Below, piece after piece: positions 23,698-36,420 of a stretch of 64,000 nucleotides of DNA. Position numbers and translations under genes: made by a program. The notes under the pieces are model-generated. The model worked only from the letters and a program-made list of their open reading frames with translations. It ran no database searches and had not been told where the DNA came from. Source of the DNA: Octopus sinensis (Eukaryota); contig NC_043006.1 of assembly GCF_006345805.1 (NCBI RefSeq), positions 4,030,001 through 4,094,000 of the forward strand, given 5' to 3'. Positions within the stretch are counted from its first letter, which is position 1. Each line of letters starts with the position of its first letter.

Positions 23698-26600
23698 GGA
23701 GAACACCGGGGACGTTTAAGATGTAAGAAGGAAAATTCAGAGCTCCGAAATCTATCCACAAACATCGAAAACAAGGACATCCTATGGAGCCAAAGTTTTA
23801 CTAACCAAGAATTGGACTGTATCCGAGTAAGTAATACTAATTGAAATTTATTACTATTTTCAAAACGAAATGATGTATTTTGACTCGATATCATCTCCGC
23901 CTCTAACGTAACACATGTAAACATGCGTGGAACATCACGATCATCTCTGACCCCAAACACCATGTACAAAGTAACTACGAAGAAATTAAATGCCACCGAT
24001 ACTATTCAACCCAAGAATAACAATCGAGCGGTACGTACATTAAACTTACAACAAAAAATGTACGAAAAACTACACGTGCGAAATAATGTGACAACAGAAA
24101 TAAACGGACCGGTACCCTACGAAAATGACGACCGTCAAAATAATGGGCCGGACGTTGTACCTCATGTCCCGCAAATAAAACCCAAAAGACGTAAATGGAC
24201 ACGTGAGGAATACATTTCTATCTTACACGCATACTTCACAGCAGTACTCTACCCAAAAAATGAAAATACAACAACACATACATATAAAATATGGAAGGAA
24301 AATAATAGAGATATAGACTTGGATACAGCAATGAACCCTAATAAATTAGCTAACGTACGAAGATACATTCTCAACACAAAAAAAATATCAGAAATAGAAA
24401 TAGAACACCTAAAAGAAAACATACACCAGGAAAATGTAGATAGAAGCCACACAGCAATGCCCAATAATATAAACACTGAAACTGTAAAACACGAAGACAA
24501 ACGCAACATTCCCAACAAACACGATGTAAACAACGAAGGGGAGCCTAATGATTATGATAATATAAAAAATAAAATAATCAAAGAACTGAAAACCACAGAG
24601 CTCAAAATGGACCACCGACCATACCTCCCAAGAATAAAAATAAACAAAATAACAACACCTATTATAAACAGCATAAACCTAGCCGTCACTGAACTGATAG
24701 CCACTGAATCAAAAAAAAGTGATATCACTGAGCTAAATAACCTAATATACGCAGCAGCCACTGCAGCCACAAAAGAAGCTGGATACTCACCCAAACCCGC
24801 CCAAACAGGAGTACCACCACCCAAACAAACCCTGTGGATAAATAACATCCAAAGCAAAGTAAAAAAAATTAGAAAAGACCTGTCGATTCTTAATGAAATC
24901 AGCAAACAATCAACGCTACTGAGCAACAAAAAGAGAACAAAAATACTCCGCAAATATAACATCACAGAGAAAGATTTGCCTGAAATAAAAGAAAAGCTGA
25001 AGCAAGATATTCTTGCCAAAGCACAAAGGATCCGCCGGTACAAGAAACGCCAACGCTTCTTTGAAGAAAACAAAAAGTTCAACTCCAACCCCAAAAAGTT
25101 CTACCAAGAACTGGAAAAAAATAAAATAGAAGTCACTGCAGCACCAACGGCAGAAGAATTGGAAGAATTCTGGGGAGAAATATGGTCGGCGAACGAACTA
25201 CCAAAAAAAAGGAGTATCAGAATAACAAACTCGGCATCTGAACAACTTTGGACCCCCATAACAACTGAAGAGGTCACCCAGGCACTGCAAAGACTAAGCA
25301 ACTGGAAGGCACCTGGGCATGACAAGATCCCCAACTTCTGGTTGAAATATCTAACAGGAATGCACAAAAAGCTGGCTGAAAACTTTAACAACGTACTAGC
25401 AGAGCCAGAGACAATGCCTGAATGGCTCACGAAGGGGAAAACCATCTTAATTCCCAAATCAAATGAAACAGAAAAACCAGAAAACTACAGACCAATAACC
25501 TGCCTCCCTACTATGTTCAAGGCATTTACTGCAGTGATATCACAAAGGCTGAACAAGCACCTGGACGAAAACAAACTGTTCCCAGAAGAGCAGAAAGGAT
25601 GCCGCAAGGGCTCATATGGCTGTAAAGATCAACTAATGATTAATAAAGCCATAACCGAAGACAGCCACAGAAAGAAGAAAGGCCTCAGTATGGCCTGGAT
25701 TGACTACAAAAAGGCGTTTGATAGCATCCCCCATACATGGATCCTCGAAACACTAGCCATTAACAAAGTAGCACCAACAATCATAAAATTCAAATGAATA
25801 AATGGCAAACAGTCCTACACCTCCAAACAAAAGAGGGACTCATGAAAACCAAAGACATCCCCATTAGAAGAGGAATATTCCAGGGAGACACGCTCTCTCC
25901 ACTCCTTTTCTGCTTGGCACTGTCACCTCTATCTGATATGCTAAATAGAACTGGATGCGGATATAAATGTTACGGCAAAACGATCAGCCACCTTTTATAT
26001 ATGGATGACCTAAAACTATACGCTGCAAATGACAAACAGCTGGAAACACTATTAAAGACAGTTCATGGATTTACCAAAGAAATAGATATGAAATTTGGAT
26101 TAGAAAAATGCGCCAAAGTAACCCTGAAAAGAGGAAAACTAGTTAAGAGTAACAACATCACACTAGATAAAACCAATGAAATAAAAGAATTAGACCAAAG
26201 CCAAACTTACAAATACTTAGGAATCCATGAACTAGATAAGACACAACACACACAATGAAAGAGAAAATAAAAAAAGAATATTATAGACGAGTTAGATCAA
26301 TACTAAACACAGAGCTCAATGCTAAAAACAAGATAATAGGTATCAACACTTTAGCTGTCCCAGTTATAAGTTACAGCTACAATATCCTTAACTGGACACG
26401 AAATGAACTGACCAAAATAGATAGGAAAACAAGAAAAATACTGACAGGATCTAGGATGCATCACCCAAAATCTGACATAGAAAGACTATATATACAACGT
26501 ATAGAAGGTGGTAGAGGCCTTATACAGCTGGGAAAATTACTATAAAATAACCACCATAGGACTGCAAAAATATCTACTTCAGAAGGAAGGAAAACTGATC

Positions 26601-27626
26601 CAGATAGCGGCAAAACACGAGCAAAACAAAAAACTGCTCTCAGTATTTAAGGAAGCTGACAAATACAAACAAGAAATCATACCACCTAATAAACATGAAG
26701 AAGAAGAAGAAGATGATGAAGAAACAACAAAAGCTATAAAACAAATGAAATCCAAACTAAAAATAGAACAGCAACGAACAATGATAAAACGATGGCAAGA
26801 AAAGCCCCTTCATGGTAAATACTGGACTAAACTAAACGCAAAAGAAATAGACAAAAAAAAATCCCAGCAATGGTTGAGAAGCTCAGGACTCAAAGCAGAA
26901 ACAGAGGGATTTTTAATTGCAGCACAAGACCAAAGCCTCCCCACCAGAAATTACCAAAAACATGTAATGAAAAGAAATATTACAAGTAACTGCAGAATAT
27001 GTGGAGATGGACAAGAAACAATAAATCATATTATCTCTAGCTGCCCAGTCTTGGCTAAGAAGGAATATATTCACAGACATGACAGAGTTGGAACCTACAT
27101 ACATTGGAAGCTATGCCAACATTATGGAATAACAACAGAAAAAAGATGGTATAGGCACACACCAGAAAAGGTCACAGAAAACGAGAAAGCAACCATACTC
27201 TGGGATATGCCGATACACACAGACCAGATATAGTTGTCAGAGATCATGAAGAAAAAAAATGCTTTCTAATTGATGTATCAATACCGGCTGATGACAACGT
27301 GTCTCTAAAAGAAATGGAGAATCTCTCAAAATACAAAGACCTGGAAATAGAGGTAACTAGAATGTGGAATCTGAAAACAGAAACATTTACTATCATAGTA
27401 GGCATGATAAAAAAATATTCAGACAAATACATAACAAAAACACCAGGACTTACAAACACATATAACATACAGAAAATTGCACTACTAGGCACTGCACACA
27501 TCCTACGCAGAACACTTTCCATACAATAACCATCAGAGCATCACAACAAATCACAGCACATACCCAAGGCACACAGAGCTGTGCTCGGTAGTGAAGTGAA
27601 AGCACGCTATAAAAATAAAACTACTG
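23698..27626 (+). mobile_element. R4/Dong LINE, apparently full length (3.9 kb), frameshifted (copy D)
   Basis: ORFs 23923-25797, 25794-26258, 26255-26545, 26508-27233 and 27299-27529 give an N-terminal region, RT (KAPGHD, YRPITCL, QGDTLSPLLF, YMDD), a CCHC finger and RLE. (TAA)n on both sides. Confidence 0.95.
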
Positions 27627-27633
27627 AATAATA

Positions 27634-27673
<40 letters not shown>

Positions 27674-27678
<5 letters not shown>

Positions 27679-28154
27679 GATGGGCTACAGCAAATATTCT
27701 GCTCGATACCACAGATTTGCTTGTCAGTTGTTTGACTTTAACCAGTTGAGCATGTCCCTTAGTGGCTGACGATATGTGCATCTCTGATCACGAGCAGAAG
27801 TAGTGGGGGAGCATCATAGCCATGTGTTGAGAGGGATTCTTTGGGGTTTGAATAATTAACCTCTGGAAACATGGGTGTTTCTTTCAACATCCTTAAACAA
27901 CTCTTATTCAGGGACCTTTTGAGCGGGATGGGCTACTCAACCTGAAGAAAATTCTAACTGGCCCCACCTGCAAGGTCATGTGCTGTTTATCTTGATATGA
28001 GATTACCATGTCGCGCACATATGGTTGTGATGCATGTGCCTGGTGTACCTTTATCAGACGGGTAGTCATGATGGGTATATTGAGCTTCGTATATTTTACC
28101 CCAGTATAACTTTGATGGCATGAACTGCTCTCTCACTCAATAATAATAATAATA

Positions 28155-28186
<32 letters not shown>

Positions 28187-28670
28187 TAATAATAATAATA
28201 ATAATAAAAGATGGGCTACAGCAAATATTCTGCTCGATACCACAGATTTGCTTGTCAGTTGTTTGACTTTAACCAGTTGAGCATGTCCCTTAGTGGCTGA
28301 CGATATGTGCATCTCTGATCACGAGCAGAAGTAGTGGGGGAGCATCATAGCCATGTGTTGAGAGGGATTCTTTGGGGTTTGAATAATTAACCTCTGGAAA
28401 CATGGGTGTTTCTTTCAACATCCTTAAACAACTCTTATTCAGGGACCTTTTGAGCGGGATGGGCTACTCAACCTGAAGAAAATTCTAACTGGGCCCCACC
28501 TGCAAGGTCATGTGCTGTTTATCTTGATATGAGATTACCATGTCGCGCACATATGGTTGTGATGCATGTGCCTGGTGTACCTTTATCAGACGGGTAGTCA
28601 TGATGGGTATATTGAGCTTCGTATATTTTACCCCAGTATAACTTTGATGGCATGAACTGCTCTCTCACTC
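27674..28670 (+). repeat. Two tandem near-identical 465/466-bp (TAA)-tailed elements, 531-bp period
   Basis: 27674-28138 and 28205-28670 differ by one G by eye and share the same 5' start. Confidence 0.9.
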
Positions 28671-28821
28671 AATAATAATAATAATAATAATAGTAATAAT
28701 AATAATAATGATGATAATAACAACAACAACAACAACAATAATAATAATAATGATAATAATAATAATAATAAATAATAATAATAATAATAATAAACTTATG
28801 AATGCATACAAATGTATACAT

Positions 28822-28883
28822 AATGGCGGTGCCCCAGCATGGCCACAGCTCATAAGCTGAAACTAGAATCAATCAATCAATCA
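28822..28883 (+). mobile_element. Extreme 3' end of a CR1-type LINE or SINE
   Basis: tggcggtgccccagcatggccacagctcataagctgaaact followed by (AATC)n matches the reverse complement of 54745-54790. Confidence 0.75.
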
Positions 28884-29549
28884 TACGTGCGTACGTACGC
28901 ACACACGCACATGTACAGACATTCGGGTATGTATTTTTGATATACCGCCCGCCCTCCCTCTCTCTCTCTGTTTATGTGTCGGTCTATGTAAGTACGTACG
29001 TACGTACGTACATATCATTTAATGCTCACTGCTAATAGTTACTTACAATTGAGGCATTTTGGTTAGGGAGATTCTTATGACGTGCTTCGTGTTTCCAAGC
29101 AAAAAGTCTGCCTAACCACGAGTCCCAATGCTAAGAAACTAATTGACAACTGATGTTGGTGTGTTTACGTCCCCGTAGCTCAGTGGTTCGGTAAAAGAAA
29201 GAAGAAGCACCAGGCTTATAAAGAATAAGTTTTGGGGATCGATATTTTTCGACTAAAAAGCCCTTTAAGTTGGTGCTCCAGCATGGCTGCAGTCAAATGA
29301 GTGAAAGAAAAAAAAAGAATATACTCATACACACACAGACATAAGCGGTGGTGGCGATTAAAGTTAAGTTTTCGCATTTGGATTTATATTACGCCTAGCT
29401 GTTTATATTCTTTTCTACTCTAGGCACAAGGTCCAAAATGTTTGGGGAGCGGACCAGTCGGTTAGATCGACCCAAGTACGCAACTGGTACTTAATTTATC
29501 GACCCCGAAAGTATGAAAGGCAAAGTCGACCTCAGAACACAGAAACAGA

Positions 29550-29609
<60 letters not shown>

Positions 29610-30199
29610 AAGATGTGTACATAGATCTGTATAATTTTTCTATATACTTACAGTTTAAAATCCGTCGAGTGATTCAATGCAAAACTGTAATAAAGTTTTG
29701 AATGTGACAGAGTAAAACAACACTTACCTCCCTTGCATTGAGAAGCTGTTGACAATTAATTGTAGTGTTATGTCGGTGCGCGCCGGATGAAATGCTTTGC
29801 GGTATTTTGTCTGTTGCTACGTTGTGAGTTCAAATTCCGCCGAGGTCGACTTTGCCTTTCATCCTTTCGGGGTCGATAAATTAAGTACCAGTTCCGCGCT
29901 GGGGTCGATGTAATCGACTTAATACCTATGTCTGTCCTTGTTTGTCCCCTCTATGTTTAGCCCCTTGTGGGTAATAAAGAAATAGTTTTCGTTGCTGCTT
30001 GGTGGTGGTGGTGGTGGTGGTGGTGGTGGTGGTGGTCTGGCTTATTCTCTGGATCTTGGTTTGTTCTAATGATGTCAACTACTGCAATTACCTACATACA
30101 TGTGGGTTTATTTGAGTGCACACGCGTGCATGCCTGTATGTATCCCTGCATAAAAGCCATGCATACCTAGATACAAGCATACATATACACTCACATACA

Positions 30200-30325
30200 C
30201 ACACCTATAGATATGTGTGTGCGTATATATGCATGCATGCATGCATATATATAAACATATATGTATAAACATATACATATATGTGCGTACACACATATAT
30301 ACAAATGGATAAATAAATATATCTA

Positions 30326-30386
<61 letters not shown>

Positions 30387-30467
30387 ATGAAATAGAATAT
30401 AACACACACACATATATATATATATGCATGTATATATATAATATAATATATCATATATATATGTATG

Positions 30468-30516
<49 letters not shown>

Positions 30517-30730
30517 CATGTATATATATACATATATATATATATGCATATATATATATATGCATATATATACATCTATATATATATATATAATGAAACA
30601 CACACACACATATATATAGAATACACACACACACATATATATATATAGAGAGAGAGAAAGAGAGACAGACAGACAGACAGAGATGATAGATGGATACATA
30701 TACACATACACGCGCACACGCACACACACA
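30200..30730. repeat. (TA)n-rich compound microsatellite field
   Basis: Seen directly. Confidence 0.9.
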
Positions 30731-31748
30731 TTAACATAAGGGTACACAATGTGAGGGTGGGTGAAGCGTTTTAATGTGAAGATTGTATGAAATTGGGAAT
30801 TGGGAAACTATGTCAAGTGAGCTGGGAACGTGGTGACGGGGTGATTTCATCTGGGAATGCAATAACGTACCACGTGATCATCGCAGATGGCTGCGGTTTA
30901 GAATTTTTGTTGTTGTTGTAGGGTTTAAAGGTTGCGGTTGAAAATTGCTAAACATGTATTCGTGGGGGGGGGAGGGGGCATTTAATGGCGGGGAGTAGAA
31001 TATTGGGAGCAGAGAGTTTCGTGGGTGACGAGAGGATGAGGGGAAAGTTGTTGTCAGTTCAAGATGAGGTCAAGGATATTTTGCGTGTGTGTGTGTTTTT
31101 ATCTTTCCCTTCTTTCAGCCGTTAGACTGCGGCCATGCTAGAGTGTCACCTTGAAGAACTTTTAGTCGTATCAATGGACCCAGTACATTTTTTATGCCTG
31201 GTACTTATTCTGTCGATCATTTTTGTCGCACCGCTCGCATACAAGGACGTAAACACACCAACACTGGTTATCAAGCAGCGGTGGGATCAGGCACTGACAC
31301 AAAATCTCTCACTCCCACACATGCCTACTTACATTCTTTTGCTATTTTTTTTTCTTGTTTCAGTCATTAGACTGTGATCCTATTGGAGCCTTGAAGGATT
31401 TTTGTTAATGATTAAACAAATCAATCCTACGACTTATTTAATCATAATTATTTCTTGTTCTATCAGTCTTTTCTTGCCGAACTGATAATTGTGGGGATGT
31501 AAACCCACCAGCGCCGGTTGTCAAGTGGTGTGTGTGTGTGTGAGGGGGAGGGGACAAACATAGACACAAAGACACACACACACAGATATATATATATATA
31601 CGACGGGCTTCTTTCAGTTTCCGTCTACCAATTGACTCACGAGATTTTGGTCGACACGATGCTTTAGTAGAAGACACTTGCCAAGATGCCACTCGGTGGG
31701 ACTGAACCCAGAATCATGTGATTGGAAAACAACTTCCTACCACACAGC

Positions 31749-31840
<92 letters not shown>

Positions 31841-32211
31841 TATATATAGGTTATAAAATGAGATAGGGGTTGAAAAATTCAACCCACCATGGGATAACAT
31901 ATATCCAATATACTGCTAGATAGGTACCCAACAAGACTAATACATAAATGTTAAAAAATTGCCAAGCAATTAGTTCATCTATTGTATTATATGGGCAAAG
32001 GTAATAATATTACCGTAAATTAATACTACAAAATTAGAAAATGGAGAAACATACTTAAATCAATAAAACATCAACTATCAGATGATACCCAATCAATACT
32101 TTATTACACCATTACATATCAGTAAAGGCATTATACAAAATATAAAGTAAATATAAATAGACAAGGAAATAGAAATATAAAATATAAAATATAATATGTA
32201 ATTATATCATA

Positions 32212-32321
32212 TCTGACAGCTGTTTCGGCAGTAAGGGCAGTCATACCTCATTTAACCTATAAGCCATAAAGGCAGGTATAAATGAGGCATTAACAAGGAT
32301 GCCCCACGGCCTCTTCAGAGA
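32212..32321 (-). ncRNA. Type I hammerhead ribozyme, left arm
   Basis: Exact reverse complement of 33232-33341. Confidence 0.78.
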
Positions 32322-32823
32322 ATTTAATTTGTTATAATTGTTAAAAAAATTATTTTTCCATATACATATAAATATAAAAATATAAAAATGTAAAATATAA
32401 AAACTTGTGCATAAACTCCATAATGCTACACATATATATAATACTCATTGGTACAATAATGCAAGGTAAACAAAACAAAATAAAACAAAATATATATCAG
32501 TGTATATATTAATATTAATAAGCACAGTTATTTTACATATTTAGCTAATAGTTCTAAAAACTAACACATAGGGAGATGTATGCGCACTACTATTTAAATT
32601 AAAATCATCCCTATACCTGAAAATAATAATAAAAAAACCATAGTTCAGTTCATAAAATTATAAACCTATAAAAGTCAATATAAATTACTATTAATATTAA
32701 TAATAATAATAATAATAATAATAGATACAGTTAAGTTAGCACCAAGTACATCCATTCAAAATCGAAATAACTATAGTTATTTCGATTTTGAATGGATGTA
32801 CTTGGTGCTAACTTAACTGTATC

Positions 32824-32857
<34 letters not shown>

Positions 32858-33231
32858 ATTAATAGTAATTTATATTGACTTTTATAGGTTTATAATTTTA
32901 TGAACTGAACTATGGTTTTTTTATTATTATTTTCAGGTATAGGGATGATTTTAATTTAAATAGTAGTGCGAATACATCTCCCTATGTGTTAGTTTTTAGA
33001 ACTATTAGCTAAATATGTAAAATAACTGTGCTTATTAATATTAATATATACACTGATATATATTTTGTTTTATTTTGTTTTGTTTACCTTGCATTATTGT
33101 ATCAATGAGTATTATATATGTGTGTAGCATTATGGAGTTTATGCACAAGTTTTTATATTTTACATTTTTATATTTTTATATTTATATGTATATGGAAAAA
33201 TAATTTTTTTAACAATTATAACAAATTAAAT

Positions 33232-33341
33232 TCTCTGAAGAGGCCGTGGGGCATCCTTGTTAATGCCTCATTTATACCTGCCTTTATGGCTTATAGGTTA
33301 AATGAGGTATGACTGCCCTTACTGCCGAAACAGCTGTCAGA
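33232..33341 (+). ncRNA. Type I hammerhead ribozyme, right arm, extended stem II
   Basis: UCU-CUGAAGA-GGC..GCC-GAA-ACAGCUGU-C|AGA. Intact core, palindromic helix III, GUC site after 33338. The stem II insert folds as GGGGCA/UGCCCU, CCUCAUUU/AAAUGAGG, ACCU/AGGU and GCC/GGC. Stem I is only 3 bp. Confidence 0.78.
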
Positions 33342-33527
33342 TATGATATAATTACATATTATATTTTATATTTTATATTTCTATTTCCTTGTCTATTTAT
33401 ATTTACTTTATATTTTGTATAATGCCTTTACTGATATGTAATGGTGTAATAAAGTATTGATTGGGTATCATCTGATAGTTGATGTTTTATTGATTTAGGT
33501 ATGTTTCTCCATTTTCTAATTTTGTAG

Positions 33528-33568
<41 letters not shown>

Positions 33569-33811
33569 GAAATCCGTTCTGTCTGTCTGTCTGTGTATCT
33601 TCTAGGATCTCAGGCATCCTCCGTCCGATTGCGCTCAATTTTAATATGTAGATACCAACGGTATCAGGGCGTGTATAAGTCTTGAAAAAATTACAAAAAT
33701 CGATTCCAGGTGAGAATGCGATCGATAAAGCCGTGGGAACGTGCATTTGTAAAATCGTTTTTCTTGGAATAGAAAAAAAAGTCTATCTTTATTTCTTCTT
33801 TTGCTGGTGTC

Positions 33812-36420
33812 TCATCATCATCATCATCATCGTTTAACGTCTGTTCTCCATGCTAGCATGGGTTGGACGGTTCGACCGGGGTTCTGGGAAGCCAGAAGGC
33901 TGCACCAGGTTCCAGTCTGATCTGGCAGTGTTTCTACAGCTGGATGCCCTTCCTAACGCCAACCACTCTGTGAGTGTAGTGGGTGCTTTTTACGTGCCAC
34001 CTGCACAGGTGCCAGGCGAGGCTGGCAACGGCCACGGTCGGATTGGAGCATTTTATGTGCCACCAGCACAGAAGCCAGTCGAGGCGGCACTGGCATCGGC
34101 CACGATTCGGATGGTGCTTTTTACGTGCCACCAACACGGAAGCCAGTCAAGGCGTCGCTGGCATCGGTCACGATTCGGATAGTGCTTTCTACGTACCACC
34201 AGTCCAGGGGTCCTGGCATCTGCCGGGTGCCAGTCATAGGATTGGTTGAATTTCGATTTCACTTGCCCCAACAGGTCTTCGCAAGCAAAGGGGGGTTGGC
34301 ATGGGTGCCTGTCGTCGGATGAGGTTTGATATCGACTTCGCTTGCCTCAACAGGTCTTTGTGTGTCCAAGGGAGGAAAAGCATGCATAAGTGGGCTGGAC
34401 TCACTTGTCCTGCCTGGTCTTCTCACGCACAGCATATTTCCAAAGGTCTCGGTCGCTGGTCATTTCCTCAGTGAGGCCTAAAGTTCGAAGGTCGTGCTTC
34501 ACCACCTCGTCCCAGGTTTTCCTGGGTCTACCTCTTCCACGGGTTCCCTCAACTGCTAGGGATTGGCACTTTTTCACACACCTATCTTCATCCATTCTCG
34601 CCACATGACCATAGCAGCGCAATCGTCTCTCTTGCACACCACAACTGATGCTTCTTAGGTCCAACATTTCTCTCAAGGTACTAACGCTCTGTCGAGTATG
34701 CACACTGACATTACACATCCATCGGAGCATACTGGCTTCATTCCTCGCGAGCTTACGCATGTCCTCAGCAGTCACGACCCATGTTTCACTGCCATGTAGC
34801 ATGGCTATTCGTACACATGCATCATACAGTCTGCCTTTTACTCTGACCGAGAGGCCTTTGGTCACCAGCAGAGGTAAGAGCTCCCTAAACTTTGCCCAGG
34901 CTATTCTTACTCTAACAGTTACACTTTCAACGCACCCACCCCCACTACTGACTTGGTCACCTAGGTAACGGAAGCTATCAACTACTTCTAGTTTTTCCCC
35001 CTGGAAAGTGTTTTCTGCAGATTTTCAGAGTTTATTGCTCCTGAGCATCTGCCACATACAAAAACTATCTTCCCAGTTAGCCTTCCTTTGACATCGCTGC
35101 ACCTCTTATGTGTCCATAGCTTACACTGGGTACATCTTATAGAGTTTCTACCTACACCTTTTCTACAGATCGAGCAGGGCCATCTTCCTGAAGACATTTG
35201 TGGATTGTCTACCTTCCTACTTATTAGTACTTTGGTTTTAGCTAGGTTGACTCTAAGGCCCCTCGATTCTAAACCCTCCTTCCACACCTGGAACTTCTCC
35301 TCCAGTTCTGATAGTGACTCAGCAATTAGAGCAAGGTCGTCAGCATAGAGGAGCTCCCAGGAGCAACCTGTCTTGAATTCCTCCGTAATTGCCCGGAGGA
35401 CTATGATAAATAGGAGAGGGCTGAGTACTGAACCCTGGTGGACCCCAACCTCTACTTTGAATTCTTCTGTGTACATGTTGCCAACCCTAACCTTACTTAC
35501 GGCATCCCTGTACATGGCTTGCACAGCCCTCACCGGCCATTCATCTATCCCTAGTTTCCTCATTGACCACCGGATAAGGGATCGGGGGACCCTGTCAAAA
35601 GCTTTCTCCATGTCAACGAAAGCCAGGTACAGGGGCTTATCTTTGGCTAGGTATTTCTCCTGCAGCTGTCTCACCAGAAATATGGCATCAATGGTGCTTT
35701 TCCCTGGCATGAAACCAAACTGCATCTCGTCCAAGTTGACTCTCTCCCTAATCAGTTGGGCTATGACCCTCTCTGTAACCTTCATTACCTGATCCAACAG
35801 CTTGATACCTCTGTAATTATTTGTATCTAGGGCGTCTCCTTTCCCTTTGTAGCAGTTGACTATTATGCTGCTACACCAGTCATTGGGTATGACTCCTTCG
35901 TGTATCACCTGGTTAACTATACGGGTGACTAGGTTATAGCCGACACTGCCAGATATTTTGAGCATCTCTGCAGTAATTCTTGATGGGCCTGGGGCTTTCC
36001 CTGTCTTCATGCTTCTAATTGCCTTAACTACCAAAGAATTGTCAACTCGGATGGCTGGTCCCTCTGTTGGGTCGACATTCGGCAGACTCTCTTTATCCCA
36101 TTCATTTTCTTTATTCAGCAACCTTTCATAGTGGCATCTCCAAACCTCTCTCTTTGCATCCTCATTTAGCGCAAGTGAACCATCATCCATGCGGACACAT
36201 TTCTCTCCTACCACATCACGATTCTCTCTCACACACTGTCTTGCAACACGAAATACCTCAAGTCTTTCATCCTCACAGCGCAGAACATTGGCAATTTTTT
36301 TTTTCTTATCCGCTTCCCCTTTGGCTAAATAAACCTGTCTCCTAGCTTCCCTTCTGGCTGTCTGATACAATTCCCTGCTACCACCGTTCTTCCAGTCCCT
36401 CCAAGCCTGTTTCTTTTGTC
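33812..36420 (-). mobile_element. RTE-clade LINE, 5'-truncated, with 3' UTR and (TGA)n tail
   Basis: ORF 34988-36424 has KAPGP, YRGIKLL, GVHQGSVLSPLLF and LLYADDL. The C-terminal part in 34401-34865 follows a frameshifting deletion near 35000. Confidence 0.93.

Larger units (their letters stand above)
31848..33528. mobile_element. Palindromic non-coding element (arms 32025-32773 and 32774-33528) with two hammerheads, between (TA)n tracts; Penelope-like/retrozyme-like
   Basis: Zero-spacer centre aataactat/atagttatt at 32773/32774. About four substitutions and one 6-nt (TAA)2 indel between the arms. Confidence 0.8.

Noticed and set aside
33566-33770. Helitron/Helentron-like non-autonomous end
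   Set aside because: Resemblance from recall only; no diagnostic terminal hairpin or second end found.
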